From: an uncultured virus (IMG/VR IMGVR_UViG_3300037512_001285)
Lineage: Duplodnaviria > Heunggongvirae > Uroviricota > Caudoviricetes
Strand: one strand, 5' to 3'
Virus record (IMG/VR): IMGVR_UViG_3300037512_001285
Coordinates: 1-64,000 of that record
Length of the DNA: 64,000 nucleotides
A program made the translations under genes and the position numbers. Position 1 is the stretch's first letter; the number at the start of each line of letters is the position of its first letter. Shown here piece after piece: positions 1-9,729 of the stretch. The notes under the pieces were generated by a model. That model did not search any database. It was not told the origin of the DNA and worked only from the letters and a program-made list of their open reading frames with translations.

Positions 1-1148
1 CAAAATGACAATAATTTAATACCAATTTCTCGACATTTTTTCCATTTATTATAATGATAATTACTATCTTTTAATGAATGCCAATAAATACCATTACATT
101 CGATCGCAATATTGTGTTCCGGGATAAATATATCTAATTCTTTCCCATTTAATATACTTTTATTATTTGTCTCATAAAATACATTATATTTGTCGAGAAT
201 ATCTCTTATAAATAATTCTATAGTAGTTCCTTTATTAGTATTGCCGGGACATAACACAACACATAACTCTCTATTTTCATAATTTCTTACAAAGTATTTA
301 TCATAGGGAATAATAAATTCTTTTTCATTACATTTATTGCATTCTGGATGGGGACATTTACATTTAAAAAATTTACCGTCGAAATTTTCAATCCTATCAA
401 TTATTATATCAGAATTATTAATATGGTTTTGAATTCTTGTTTGTTTTGACTTATCATTCAATTCTTTATTTTGAAGAGGATATATTGAGCCATATTTTTT
501 AAGACGGGTTTGTTTGCCTTTTTCCTGTATTTCTTGAGATTGAAATGGATACTCTACTCCGAATTTTTTTAAATTATTCTGTTTAATTAATTCCAAATTA
601 ATATAATTTTCATCTCCGTATTTCTCTAATTTAGTATGTTTTGCTTTTTCAATAATTTTTTGTTTCTCCTCATCTGAACGAGTAGAAACTGTTTCATTTA
701 TTTTCTCTCGAATCTTCTTGTTAGACAAAGGAAACTCACACCCATATTTTTCTAAACATGTTTTTTTGCGCTTTTCTAATATAATATCATTGTAGTTTTC
801 TCCATATCTATCAATCATGGTTTGTTTACATCTATTAACAAACCCATTATCCATTAGATATCTCTCTTTAAACGTTTCTTTTTGTTTCCGTAGTTTTTCT
901 TTATCCGTATTTGCACAGTTAGAACAACAATATTTACCATACCCATGAGAATATGATATGAAATTAAGTTTTTTACCACAATTTAAACAAACCGAATCTT
1001 TATCAATATGATATACATATTTGTATAATTTTTCGGCAAACACCCCATCAAAATTGTCCATCAAGTATTGATAAAATTCCGGATAGTTCTTTTTTATAAA
1101 AGATTCGGTTCTTTGCCCTCGAGTATTAAATGTTTCGGGTATGATCAT
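1..1148 (-). CDS. Putative homing endonuclease (Zn ribbon, T-x-x-E-K/R-Y-G repeats, C-terminal Vsr/DUF559-like nuclease); 3' end runs off the window
   Basis: Not in ORF track; partial manual translation from ATG 1148: MIIPETFNTRG..CLNCG..YCCSNC, repeats TMIDRYG/TCLEKYG, then ELDIFIPEHNIAIECNGIYWH. Confidence 0.75.
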   Translation of the reverse strand, partial: MIIPETFNTRGQRTESFIKKNYPEFYQYLMDNFDGVFAEKLYKYVYHIDKDSVCLNCGKKLNFISYSHGYGKYCCSNCANTDKEKLRKQKETFKERYLMDNGFVNRCKQTMIDRYGENYNDIILEKRKKTCLEKYGCEFPLSNKKIREKINETVSTRSDEEKQKIIEKAKHTKLEKYGDENYINLELIKQNNLKKFGVEYPFQSQEIQEKGKQTRLKKYGSIYPLQNKELNDKSKQTRIQNHINNSDIIIDRIENFDGKFFKCKCPHPECNKCNEKEFIIPYDKYFVRNYENRELCVVLCPGNTNKGTTIELFIRDILDKYNVFYETNNKSILNGKELDIFIPEHNIAIECNGIYWHSLKDSNYHYNKWKKCREIGIKLLSF

Positions 1149-1197
1149 ATCTATATAATAATATGGGGCACTTCTTTATTTAAATAAATATCAAATC

Positions 1198-1593
1198 TCA
1201 CCACTTCATAGGATCAAAATTATTAATTTTCTGTTCCTCTCTAACAATCAATTTGCTTGGGATATTGACATTCAATATTTCAACATATCGAGAAATCCAT
1301 AAAATGTTCTCCCTCCCATTAACATGATCAACAATCGCTACTGTAATATTAACATTCCAGTGATCATTATAATCGTGTACAATCATCTTGGGATAACGAT
1401 AATCACATTCCTCTAAATTACTATATGTATGATTAGCATAGAATAAATTATTGAATACGTTTGCAATCCTCTCCGGATCAAACATACAATAATTAGCAGT
1501 CTCTGAGAAATGTCCCAAAATCAACCCTCTCATTTGTGACACTATCTTCTCAAGAGTTATTTCATTGGTTATATTATTATCAAATATACTCAT
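1198..1593 (-). CDS. MSIF-tag family small protein
   Basis: Starts MSIFDNNITNE. Confidence 0.8.
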   Translation of the reverse strand: MSIFDNNITNEITLEKIVSQMRGLILGHFSETANYCMFDPERIANVFNNLFYANHTYSNLEECDYRYPKMIVHDYNDHWNVNITVAIVDHVNGRENILWISRYVEILNVNIPSKLIVREEQKINNFDPMKW

Positions 1594-1847
1594 ACAAAGG
1601 GGACTTTCGATTATAACAATAAAACATCTCCCATCTCTTCAATCCGTTCAATCCGCTCATAAAGCAACTCTTGTTCTATAAGATCTGGATTAAACTGGGA
1701 TATATACGGTATTAATAAATTCATCTAATATGAACTCATAGTTACCAGTACCATCCCAAGGACAATAGGGATCATCAAATAGTTCAGCAATTAAACCAAT
1801 ACACTTTACCCTCATACGTCCAAAATTATATTTTTTCAATTGTCATC
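1590..1847 (-). pseudogene. Decayed MSIF-family remnants
   Basis: Broken frames, including QFNPDLIEQE, which resembles the FNPDLIQDE start of the adjacent gene. Confidence 0.4.
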
Positions 1848-2060
1848 CTATTCATCAAGGCTCAAGAAAAATGTCTTCGTTGTATCTAGAATCATGGGCG
1901 AATACATCATAGACGCATATACAGGAGCTCGCTTACCGCCTTTTGTAGACCAATGACCAATATCAGTGGTTGCCCATATCAGGTCTCTTAATTCCTCCAT
2001 GGTCTTTACTCGTCTGATATCAGATTCATCTTGAATCAAGTCTGGATTAAATATACTCAT
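1848..2060 (-). CDS. MSIF-tag family protein, possibly truncated
   Basis: Starts MSIFNPDLIQ; only 70 aa, followed by broken frames. Confidence 0.6.
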   Translation of the reverse strand: MSIFNPDLIQDESDIRRVKTMEELRDLIWATTDIGHWSTKGGKRAPVYASMMYSPMILDTTKTFFLSLDE

Positions 2061-2350
2061 CTAAATTCTACTGGTTCTTCTATATTAAATTTTTGATGAT
2101 TAGGCCATGTTGGCTGGGTAACCTCGAGCTTCAAATGACCGAATCCCTCCCTATAACAAACTATATGCAAATGCGAATATGCCTGTTGAACTCGTCGAAC
2201 TATTTTCTTTACAGCCAATCCCGGATTATAACCAATATCATACATAATCCCTTCCGTGAGATTAAAGCCAAACTCCTCTTCACATAACATTTCAAAGTAC
2301 GTTTGTGGGTCTGGTAGGGTCTGGATTATGTCTTTATCAAATATGCTCAT
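2057..2350 (-). CDS. MSIF-tag family small protein
   Basis: MSIFDKDII; ATGA overlap. Confidence 0.8.
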   Translation of the reverse strand: MSIFDKDIIQTLPDPQTYFEMLCEEEFGFNLTEGIMYDIGYNPGLAVKKIVRRVQQAYSHLHIVCYREGFGHLKLEVTQPTWPNHQKFNIEEPVEFR

Positions 2351-2802
2351 TGTATATACTTTTCTCGAAGCTCTTTATACTTTTCTCGAAACTCTTGAAC
2401 TTGTTTTGCAACAAGATCTAAAGTCTCTTCTGGTATTTGAAGAACTATGTGTTGTAATTGTAAGTTCCCTCGTAATCTGTAACTTACTATCAAGTATTCT
2501 TGTATAAGTGGTTTCGAATTATCCTGTTCTTTACATATGTCGTATTCAATCAGGTTGGCAAAAGGTCCTTTCCAATCGGTTGGTGGAGTGGGCTCTGTAC
2601 ATAAATTCGACATATATTGATCTAGGACATACGACAGAAACCCTGAAGGACTAACCGCAGGCGGTGAAGTTAGTTGAGGTTCATTCATATACACATCCAC
2701 AAGTCTATTAAATTCTTGTTGGATTTGTATCCCTACGTTATCAACCACATACGGGCTATATCCCAAGTCCTTTGAAACTATATCTTTATCGAATAGGCTC
2801 AT
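2347..2802 (-). CDS. MSIF-tag family small protein
   Basis: MSLFDKDIV; ATGA overlap. Confidence 0.8.
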   Translation of the reverse strand: MSLFDKDIVSKDLGYSPYVVDNVGIQIQQEFNRLVDVYMNEPQLTSPPAVSPSGFLSYVLDQYMSNLCTEPTPPTDWKGPFANLIEYDICKEQDNSKPLIQEYLIVSYRLRGNLQLQHIVLQIPEETLDLVAKQVQEFREKYKELREKYIQ

Positions 2803-3161
2803 ATCGTTTGTAGTGGAGTAAACTTAAAATTATAAAGTTCTGTATGTATTGGCCCTTCAAGATTCTGTTTATAATACCGGATATCAACAACAATATCTAA
2901 TCCCGCATGTCCATATTTGTGTGGAAGGAGTGTAATGTGGAAGTCATTAACGTCTAAATCATTTCTTTCAAAAACCTGCTCATAATTACTTCTAACCAAA
3001 TTCCGCAATATTTCTTCCATAAAAACAATTCCCCAGAACTTACCTTTGACCACATAATCATTAATCCATATTGCCATCTGTGCATGGATATGTTTCTTTA
3101 TTTCCTCAAACATCTCTTCTACGGAAGTTTTGTTGGATATGTTTTCGCTAAATATACTCAT
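2799..3161 (-). CDS. MSIF-tag family small protein
   Basis: Start reassigned to MSIFSENIS at 3161. Confidence 0.8.
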   Translation of the reverse strand: MSIFSENISNKTSVEEMFEEIKKHIHAQMAIWINDYVVKGKFWGIVFMEEILRNLVRSNYEQVFERNDLDVNDFHITLLPHKYGHAGLDIVVDIRYYKQNLEGPIHTELYNFKFTPLQTI

Positions 3162-3163
3162 AT

Positions 3164-3658
3164 TCAATACAAATAGAAATAGGAATAATTCCAATCTGTG
3201 ACTTTTTCTTTTAGACAATTCATATCCTTATCGAAACGAAGAATTACTTCGCCTGTGGGTTCACATGAGCTCTCAATTTCATCTTTCATTCGTTGACGAG
3301 CTTCTGATATTTCAGCCCAACCAAGAGTATTCATTTTGTGTGAGTAACGCGCCCTGATATGTTCTTCCTGACTATCAGAAACTTTAATTACAATGTAAAG
3401 TTCTCCGTCTATATATCGGTATTTTCCAAAAGAACCAATATAAGCGTCAGCGTCAGGCACATACAAATTATATTTTGGTAAGAGTTCATAACACCAATCA
3501 TTAATTTTGTTGTAATTAAGATTTGCTCTGTTATTATCTCTGTTTCTGATAAAATATGATTTGTATGAGTCAATCTTTGCTCTCAAAGCAAGCATAAACT
3601 GAAACTTTCTTTTTACGTCTAACCGACGTTCAATTATGTTTTCACTAAATAACCCCAT
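3164..3658 (-). CDS. MSIF-tag family small protein
   Basis: MGLFSENII. Confidence 0.8.
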   Translation of the reverse strand: MGLFSENIIERRLDVKRKFQFMLALRAKIDSYKSYFIRNRDNNRANLNYNKINDWCYELLPKYNLYVPDADAYIGSFGKYRYIDGELYIVIKVSDSQEEHIRARYSHKMNTLGWAEISEARQRMKDEIESSCEPTGEVILRFDKDMNCLKEKVTDWNYSYFYLY

Positions 3659-3661
3659 ATC

Positions 3662-4108
3662 TTAAATCGTCCACCATTCGTGTTTAAGTTTTTCTATATT
3701 GTATTCCAACACCTTTCCATACTGATTAAGAACAATGTGGATGTTTCCATAGTTCTCCCAATAATTTTCATCACCGAAGCCGCTATAGTCATCCGTAGGG
3801 ATAGTAATAAAGTAATACCCGTCTTTCCACTCAACCCAGGGATATTCTGTTTTATAGTCAAACCTCCTATCTTTGGGATCATACATCTGTCCTTCGACAC
3901 ATAATATATTATTATATTTTGTGCTATTCTTAATACTTACAATATACATAAATATAAGATTACACACATTTGCTGGTCCATGAGTCTTTCTTGTTGCAAG
4001 AATATCTTTGCGATGTGCCTGTAACTTATCAATCACACTAAAGCAAAACTGATCGATGAGAGGAACGTGTACTTCTTTCTCGATTATGTCACTATCAAAT
4101 AGACTCAT
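3662..4108 (-). CDS. MSIF-tag family small protein
   Basis: MSLFDSDII. Confidence 0.8.
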   Translation of the reverse strand: MSLFDSDIIEKEVHVPLIDQFCFSVIDKLQAHRKDILATRKTHGPANVCNLIFMYIVSIKNSTKYNNILCVEGQMYDPKDRRFDYKTEYPWVEWKDGYYFITIPTDDYSGFGDENYWENYGNIHIVLNQYGKVLEYNIEKLKHEWWTI

Positions 4109-4156
4109 GTATTAAATCAACTTTATTGATCGATTCAAACTCTGTTTGAATTTATA

Positions 4157-4510
4157 TTAACAAAACTTCACAAAATATATAGATTTTATTCTCCCGTTAC
4201 TTCCCATTTGTATCTTCCACTTTACCCATACACCATACTTGCTATAGATGCGTTGTACTGTATTGTCAAGCGATTCTTGCCATGATTTGGGAAGATGCTT
4301 CATATTATGAAACATTTTTTTAATATCCTTTTTACTGTATGGTGGTGTATCAGAACTATCTACATCGATGAAATGACCACTCGTACGATCCCACGCGGTT
4401 TGAAATCCGCGTCTCTTGAGGTATTCGCGAGCAAGAATGTCATAACAAACATTATTCCAATTGGTGTCTTTTGGAATAGAAGGGGTGATGTTATTAGTGA
4501 ATATTCCCAT
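4157..4510 (-). CDS. MSIF-tag family small protein
   Basis: MGIFTNNIT. Confidence 0.8.
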   Translation of the reverse strand: MGIFTNNITPSIPKDTNWNNVCYDILAREYLKRRGFQTAWDRTSGHFIDVDSSDTPPYSKKDIKKMFHNMKHLPKSWQESLDNTVQRIYSKYGVWVKWKIQMGSNGRIKSIYFVKFC

Positions 4511-4766
4511 TTGAGTATTTATCTATTAATTTATCAAGATTAGCAAATTCGATTTTTTTCCAATATCCGTGTCGTCTAAATGGATCGACCCAATTAACAT
4601 ATACATCACTTTTTCTTAATTCTCCTATAATGTAATTCATTTTAGTGACACACATATTCTTATAAAGATCTCCATTCAGTTCATTGTATGTCTCCCCCCA
4701 TCGTTTGAGATCAAGGAGTTTTTCAAGAACTGTTTCATTAGTTACGTTATCACCAAATATGCTCAT
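4494..4766 (-). CDS. MSIF-tag family small protein
   Basis: MSIFGDNVT. Confidence 0.8.
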   Translation of the reverse strand: MSIFGDNVTNETVLEKLLDLKRWGETYNELNGDLYKNMCVTKMNYIIGELRKSDVYVNWVDPFRRHGYWKKIEFANLDKLIDKYSNGNIH

Positions 4767-5104
4767 AGACTAGGCACAGGAAGTTTAAGACAAAGAAACA
4801 CATTATCTGGACTAGGAAGAAAGTCTTCTTGAGATTCTGAATAGATTATAGATAAGGAAATCCTCGAAAAACAATTCTCATAAACTACATAATTCACAAT
4901 TACCTCAGGATGATACATATTGAATTTATTAAAACGATATATCACCCCGCTCAGAGCGCGTTGGCAAGCTTTCTCGGTTTCTATTATATTCCCACCATTC
5001 TGTATAAAGAGAAGTTCAAAGTTATCAGTATACCACCTCTTGAGAAGATCATGAAACTTCTCCAACGGAGAAGGTGTAGTTATATTATCGTCAAATACAC
5101 TCAT
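4763..5104 (-). CDS. MSIF-tag family small protein
   Basis: MSVFDDNIT; PLEKF shared with neighbouring gene 5101-5505. Confidence 0.8.
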   Translation of the reverse strand: MSVFDDNITTPSPLEKFHDLLKRWYTDNFELLFIQNGGNIIETEKACQRALSGVIYRFNKFNMYHPEVIVNYVVYENCFSRISLSIIYSESQEDFLPSPDNVFLCLKLPVPSL

Positions 5105-5505
5105 AAGACCGGTTTTTGATGAATATCAAAATTCATATGAAGGAATATTTTTGCTTTGTCGTGTACATATATAGTAGGGTCATCGCCGTAGTAAAGAGTG
5201 ACTTCTATATAGTATTTAGATTCTCCCGGATGTCGATCATAACGAGTGTGAAATGTTAAATGAACCCATGGCTGATAAATTTTATGCGCCTTGAACATGT
5301 CTTTGATCTTCTGCGATTCCCCTAACTCAGCGATACTATTTATATGTCCGTTAACCATAGCGTTAAATTCAGTTGCAGTCCATGATAGATTATAACTTGA
5401 TTTTTCGTAGACGCAATAAAAATTTTCTTCGAGATAGGATTTTATAAAATCATAAAATTTCTCTAGCGGAGTTTTGTCTGTTATGTGTTCACTAAATACA
5501 CTCAT
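5101..5505 (-). CDS. MSIF-tag family small protein
   Basis: MSVFSEHIT. Confidence 0.8.
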   Translation of the reverse strand: MSVFSEHITDKTPLEKFYDFIKSYLEENFYCVYEKSSYNLSWTATEFNAMVNGHINSIAELGESQKIKDMFKAHKIYQPWVHLTFHTRYDRHPGESKYYIEVTLYYGDDPTIYVHDKAKIFLHMNFDIHQKPVL

Positions 5506-5870
5506 TTTATTATTCCATTTATACCAACATTAAACTCACAAAGATACTCTTGGTGTACATGCATGTCACCAGATGGTTTAGCATAATAAAAATATACAGT
5601 ATATAGGGTTTTATGATTATGGCTGGTTTGAAATACTTCAAAACGATATATTTTTTCATCGTTATTTTTTGGATCACTGCTATAATCGTAGCTATAATCA
5701 TAAAACAACAATCTTTTACATACTAATTCCTGCCTGATATAGTAATACATCAATTGTTCATCAGCATTGTAGCGTATCATCTCTCTTGGAATGACTCTCC
5801 CTACAATCTCTTTACATTGATCGTAGAGTTCGTCAAGTGGGTGTTTGATATTATCACAAAACAGACTCAT
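5502..5870 (-). CDS. MSIF-tag family small protein
   Basis: MSLFCDNIK; paralog of 5854-6234 (LYD.CK, VGINGII). Confidence 0.8.
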   Translation of the reverse strand: MSLFCDNIKHPLDELYDQCKEIVGRVIPREMIRYNADEQLMYYYIRQELVCKRLLFYDYSYDYSSDPKNNDEKIYRFEVFQTSHNHKTLYTVYFYYAKPSGDMHVHQEYLCEFNVGINGIIK

Positions 5871-6234
5871 CGATTATTCCATTTATACCAACAGTAAATT
5901 GAGCAAGAGGTTTTCCTTGTTGCCCCCACAGATCATTAATAATTTCATCCAAAAAATAGAATCTTACTACATATGTGGGTATTCCCCGAATATACGCTCC
6001 AGTCTTTACATCTACCTCACTGATTTTATTAATATCTGATGAATTTCTTTCGGGCCACCACCTATTTGCTAGCAACCCTATACAGTTTAATTCGAACATT
6101 ATATCTCGTTGCATTGTCTCACATCTACCATTATAATGCATCATATTACCGGGAATAATTGTTCGACATATATCTTTACACGCGTCGTAGAGGTGGTCAA
6201 TAGGAAGCTGAATATCTTTATCAAATATGCTCAT
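5854..6234 (-). CDS. MSIF-tag family small protein
   Basis: Start reassigned to MSIFDKDIQ. Confidence 0.8.
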   Translation of the reverse strand: MSIFDKDIQLPIDHLYDACKDICRTIIPGNMMHYNGRCETMQRDIMFELNCIGLLANRWWPERNSSDINKISEVDVKTGAYIRGIPTYVVRFYFLDEIINDLWGQQGKPLAQFTVGINGIIDESVL

Positions 6235-6242
6235 GTATTTAA

Positions 6243-6455
6243 TTAACAATTAATACCGAAATATTTAAAGTATTGTTTCACCACTTTCTCATCTATATGA
6301 CTATATCGATCATATTGCTCCTTTTCCTTAAAATTACCAACCACTTTCTCCGGAGCACCAAGTAGGTATTTCATTATCCAATACTCTGGATAGTCGCGAC
6401 ATAGTTGTGCTTCTGAACAAGCACTCTCAACTGCTTTTTTATCGAATATGCTCAT
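6243..6455 (-). CDS. MSIF-tag family small protein
   Basis: Start reassigned to MSIFDKKAV. Confidence 0.75.
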   Translation of the reverse strand: MSIFDKKAVESACSEAQLCRDYPEYWIMKYLLGAPEKVVGNFKEKEQYDRYSHIDEKVVKQYFKYFGINC

Positions 6456-6843
6456 AAATACCCTCTCCAAATATATCTATTTTTAGATCTTTGACTTCTA
6501 CTTCCAGATCGTCATCATCCATTAATATTTTTTCATCAATAGCAAGCTTAATATTTACACGAAATTTATTGCCCCCTATCTTCTTCCTCACATCCGTCCT
6601 CGTACTGAGGACTCCCATCTCAACTAGTTCTCTATGATAAGTATTTACCCATAGATTAGCTAGGTCTTTATAAATGAGATCTGTTATATGATAATCATCT
6701 GTAAATATTTTCCAATGATCGGATGTATCCCTGTACTGAAGACTGTACTCTGCAAACTGCTCAAGAATTCGATCTCTGAACCAACAACGGATCTTCTCGG
6801 TCCGAGAAAGATCATTTGTTATATTATCGTTAAATATGCTCAT
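6439..6843 (-). CDS. MSIF-tag family small protein
   Basis: MSIFNDNIT; paralog of 7252-7623 (LWV, GV.STRT, GNKF). Confidence 0.8.
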   Translation of the reverse strand: MSIFNDNITNDLSRTEKIRCWFRDRILEQFAEYSLQYRDTSDHWKIFTDDYHITDLIYKDLANLWVNTYHRELVEMGVLSTRTDVRKKIGGNKFRVNIKLAIDEKILMDDDDLEVEVKDLKIDIFGEGIYEHIR

Positions 6844-6859
6844 GTATTTAATTATCCTA

Positions 6860-7255
6860 TTATTTTACACTAAATCCTTCAGCATAACTATTTGTACCAT
6901 AAGCAAACGAATAAAATCCCTCGGTGTGATCAAAAGTATTTGATTCTTCGAAGATTACTTCTTTTATATTTCCTTTCATATAAGTATCCTCGGGCCATAA
7001 GATATATTTGGGTCGCATCTTTTTACCGACACGATCATAATATCGTTGTATTCCCAACTGCAGAAAACAGTTAATTACAGAGGTTCTGCTAGGCGGATAC
7101 TTGTTAATGAGTCCTTTATATAATGTTCCCGCGGAATCCCATATGGAATTTTGAGTATTATAGTTCGGGTTCCACTCACGAAAGATATCACAAGCATATT
7201 GCAAAATGATTTCCGTGGTTGTTTTTGATGTTATATTATTACTAAAAATGCTCAT
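6860..7255 (-). CDS. MSIF-tag family small protein
   Basis: Start reassigned to MSIFSNNIT. Confidence 0.8.
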   Translation of the reverse strand: MSIFSNNITSKTTTEIILQYACDIFREWNPNYNTQNSIWDSAGTLYKGLINKYPPSRTSVINCFLQLGIQRYYDRVGKKMRPKYILWPEDTYMKGNIKEVIFEESNTFDHTEGFYSFAYGTNSYAEGFSVK

Positions 7256-7623
7256 AATATCATCCAATTTGATTCAACAATATCTACTTCTTTATCACTC
7301 CAAAACCCATGTTCTCTACAAGATGGATCTAGCGAGAATCTTATTATAACCTTAAACTTATTTCCGCGTTGTTTAATTTCAGTTCGCGTGCTATACACCC
7401 CTAAATGCTCCAACTGAGTCTTGTATTGTTTCACCCAAAGAAAAACGAGATGGTGATATATATATAATTTTTTAGTGGAAATACTTTGACAAAATTCACG
7501 CTCCCCTTTTTCGTGATATACTTGTTGACATAAATCCCACTGTTCCTTTATCTTACACAAGAACCACTTTTTAATCCTTTCGTTAGGGAGTTCATTTGTT
7601 ATATTATCGTCAAACACACTCAT
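7252..7623 (-). CDS. MSIF-tag family small protein
   Basis: MSVFDDNIT. Confidence 0.8.
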   Translation of the reverse strand: MSVFDDNITNELPNERIKKWFLCKIKEQWDLCQQVYHEKGEREFCQSISTKKLYIYHHLVFLWVKQYKTQLEHLGVYSTRTEIKQRGNKFKVIIRFSLDPSCREHGFWSDKEVDIVESNWMIL

Positions 7624-7952
7624 ACTTCAGTTACTACTATAGCTTTAGTGAGACCTGATAAATGTCCATTACCTCGAGGCCATCGTTCAACATGGAAAGT
7701 ATAATGTTTACCAGTAATTGTAGTCAACCTCATCATTCCTTTTGTGATGTAGTAAGACCACCCGTACAAATCTCCATTACCATTAAAGTTATAACGGATC
7801 AGTAAATTATAAAGATCACGACCACAAGAGATTGTGTTGTTGAAGGTATCCGTAAAACTGAGAGGACGACCGCTGGTATATTCATCCCAAGCGAAGTCAA
7901 AAACCCGTTCGGTGATGATCTGAGACGTGATATTATCGCTAAATATACTCAT
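7620..7952 (-). CDS. MSIF-tag family small protein
   Basis: Start reassigned to MSIFSDNIT. Confidence 0.8.
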   Translation of the reverse strand: MSIFSDNITSQIITERVFDFAWDEYTSGRPLSFTDTFNNTISCGRDLYNLLIRYNFNGNGDLYGWSYYITKGMMRLTTITGKHYTFHVERWPRGNGHLSGLTKAIVVTEV

Positions 7953-8010
7953 GTATATAAATGAATTAAAATTCATTAATTCAAACTCTGTATAAATTTA
8001 ATTACCAAAT

Positions 8011-8388
8011 CTACAACCAATCTTTATTGAATATAAATGTCCTTGTCTTAATTCCAGTAATTTCATCTTGTTGAGGATGATATTCGAGAGTTATAAGAAT
8101 ATATTCACCATCATCTTTGAATGTAAGGGAATTCTTAAATATAATCTCATAAGGAGCAAAGCAATCTGGGAACCACCAGAGTGGACAGGCATTGTTTAGT
8201 GCTTCAAAGAATATATCCCATTGAACAGTGAAGAACTCTTGCAGATCAAGATATGGATTGATATCAAGATTGGTCAAGTATAGATCACAGAAGAAATTAA
8301 AAGAATAGTCGAGGAGCATTCCGGTACGATCATTGTCATCTACCTCGACTTCTTTCTTGATTACTCCTTCTGTGTCAAATATACTCAT
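8011..8388 (-). CDS. MSIF-tag family small protein
   Basis: MSIFDTEGVI; TAATG overlap with the RNase H gene. Confidence 0.8.
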   Translation of the reverse strand: MSIFDTEGVIKKEVEVDDNDRTGMLLDYSFNFFCDLYLTNLDINPYLDLQEFFTVQWDIFFEALNNACPLWWFPDCFAPYEIIFKNSLTFKDDGEYILITLEYHPQQDEITGIKTRTFIFNKDWL

Positions 8389-9482
8389 TAAATCTCCTCA
8401 AATATACTTTCGATATCTGTGTCTTCCTGTGTCTTGGCAAGAAGTCTATAGTTGTTTCTCAACATCCCTACATCGACCTGTTTGTATTCGGTTTCATTCA
8501 TAGACTGAATAACCGGTGCTGGAATAGTCTCTTCATTCAACCAAACGAGCTTGATGTTGTAGTCAAGCATCTCAATGATGTCTTTCTTTTTGAACTTGTA
8601 AGGAGAGAACTTCTTGGAATGCATAATCCAATCAGCAATATCCTCGCGACATTCTTTTAAGTCCCCTACTGTTGTCATAGGGAGATCGTGTTCTTGATAC
8701 TTCTTCAAATCACCTTCGGAGAACCGATAAGTCCTCCCTCCTTTCTCAAAGCGAACCACCGCCTTAATATTATCTCCACTATCCCCACAAAGCACTTTCT
8801 CTATGACCACGTCATCTGGATTGACATATATTACTTTTCCTGTTGATCCCGCCTTTAGTGAATCAATCAATTGTGTATCATAGGCAAGCGGAGTCATAAA
8901 GAAATCCATTGGATCTTCTTCTTTATCTCCACTCTTATAACACTCTGGGAGACACAGTTGGCTCGTGCGATCACTATACCAAGCGGTGAAGGTTCCGTCC
9001 GCGGTCTTCTGAACAAGCTGTTGAAGGTCACGGTCAATACTCCATATGAGAACGTTAGTGCCTTCTGCATTAAGCCTCCTTGACCAGTACCACACCCAGT
9101 CATCGCCCTCAGCAGAGAGGGTCTGAGAGACAGTCACACCAACCCCACGAGCGTTGGTCATCAAATCATTAAGAGCATTAAAGACGTGTTCCCAATCAAC
9201 CTCTACTTGCTGCTCGCGATTACCCTTATACTTTGTTCCTTTGAGTTGAGTAGGAATAGGAAGTTGTTTACGCCAGCTACCCCCGTCACCAACAAGAACA
9301 ACATTATCCACAGCAGGGAACCTGTTGAGCATGATATTAATACTACGAGCTAACATATCTGTAAGATTCTGTTGAGCCTTCTGTAGAGCCACTTCCGGGA
9401 CTCCTTTCTCGAAACCACCGACAACACTAAATCTTGACATCAAGACATAGTTCATGTCGCAAACCAATGTAAGATTATTCAT
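8388..9482 (-). CDS. rnh: 5'-3' exonuclease/flap endonuclease (T4 RNase H-like)
   Basis: Motifs D-x-N, DGGSWRK, YKGNR, EGDD, SIDRDL.Q, GDSGDNI. Confidence 0.9.
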   Translation of the reverse strand: MNNLTLVCDMNYVLMSRFSVVGGFEKGVPEVALQKAQQNLTDMLARSINIMLNRFPAVDNVVLVGDGGSWRKQLPIPTQLKGTKYKGNREQQVEVDWEHVFNALNDLMTNARGVGVTVSQTLSAEGDDWVWYWSRRLNAEGTNVLIWSIDRDLQQLVQKTADGTFTAWYSDRTSQLCLPECYKSGDKEEDPMDFFMTPLAYDTQLIDSLKAGSTGKVIYVNPDDVVIEKVLCGDSGDNIKAVVRFEKGGRTYRFSEGDLKKYQEHDLPMTTVGDLKECREDIADWIMHSKKFSPYKFKKKDIIEMLDYNIKLVWLNEETIPAPVIQSMNETEYKQVDVGMLRNNYRLLAKTQEDTDIESIFEEI

Positions 9483-9516
9483 GAATTAATATATTAAAGG
9501 AGTTATTATTTGTTTA

Positions 9517-9729
9517 ATGAATATCCAACCTAAATCTAGATCGGATTGTAATAAACACGTAGTTAAACGTGAACATTACAGTAGAAAGAACGGAATTTGG
9601 AAACCAAAGAAACCTTTTGAAACTGAACAAGATGCGGTAAGCTGGATAAATAAATATAAAATGAGTGGCTATTCGGCATACATCTGTAAGGTGTGTGGCA
9701 AGTGGCATATTGGCAAAAAGAAAGTATGA
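9517..9729 (+). CDS. Small Zn-finger protein
   Basis: YICKVCGKWHIG motif; TTATTATT upstream. Confidence 0.65.
   Translation: MNIQPKSRSDCNKHVVKREHYSRKNGIWKPKKPFETEQDAVSWINKYKMSGYSAYICKVCGKWHIGKKKV

Noticed and set aside
1198..8388. CRISPR array, integron attC array or DGR as the explanation for the repeated gene starts
   Set aside because: The repeats are in-frame, degenerate at synonymous sites and non-palindromic. No cas, integrase or reverse transcriptase gene is in the window.
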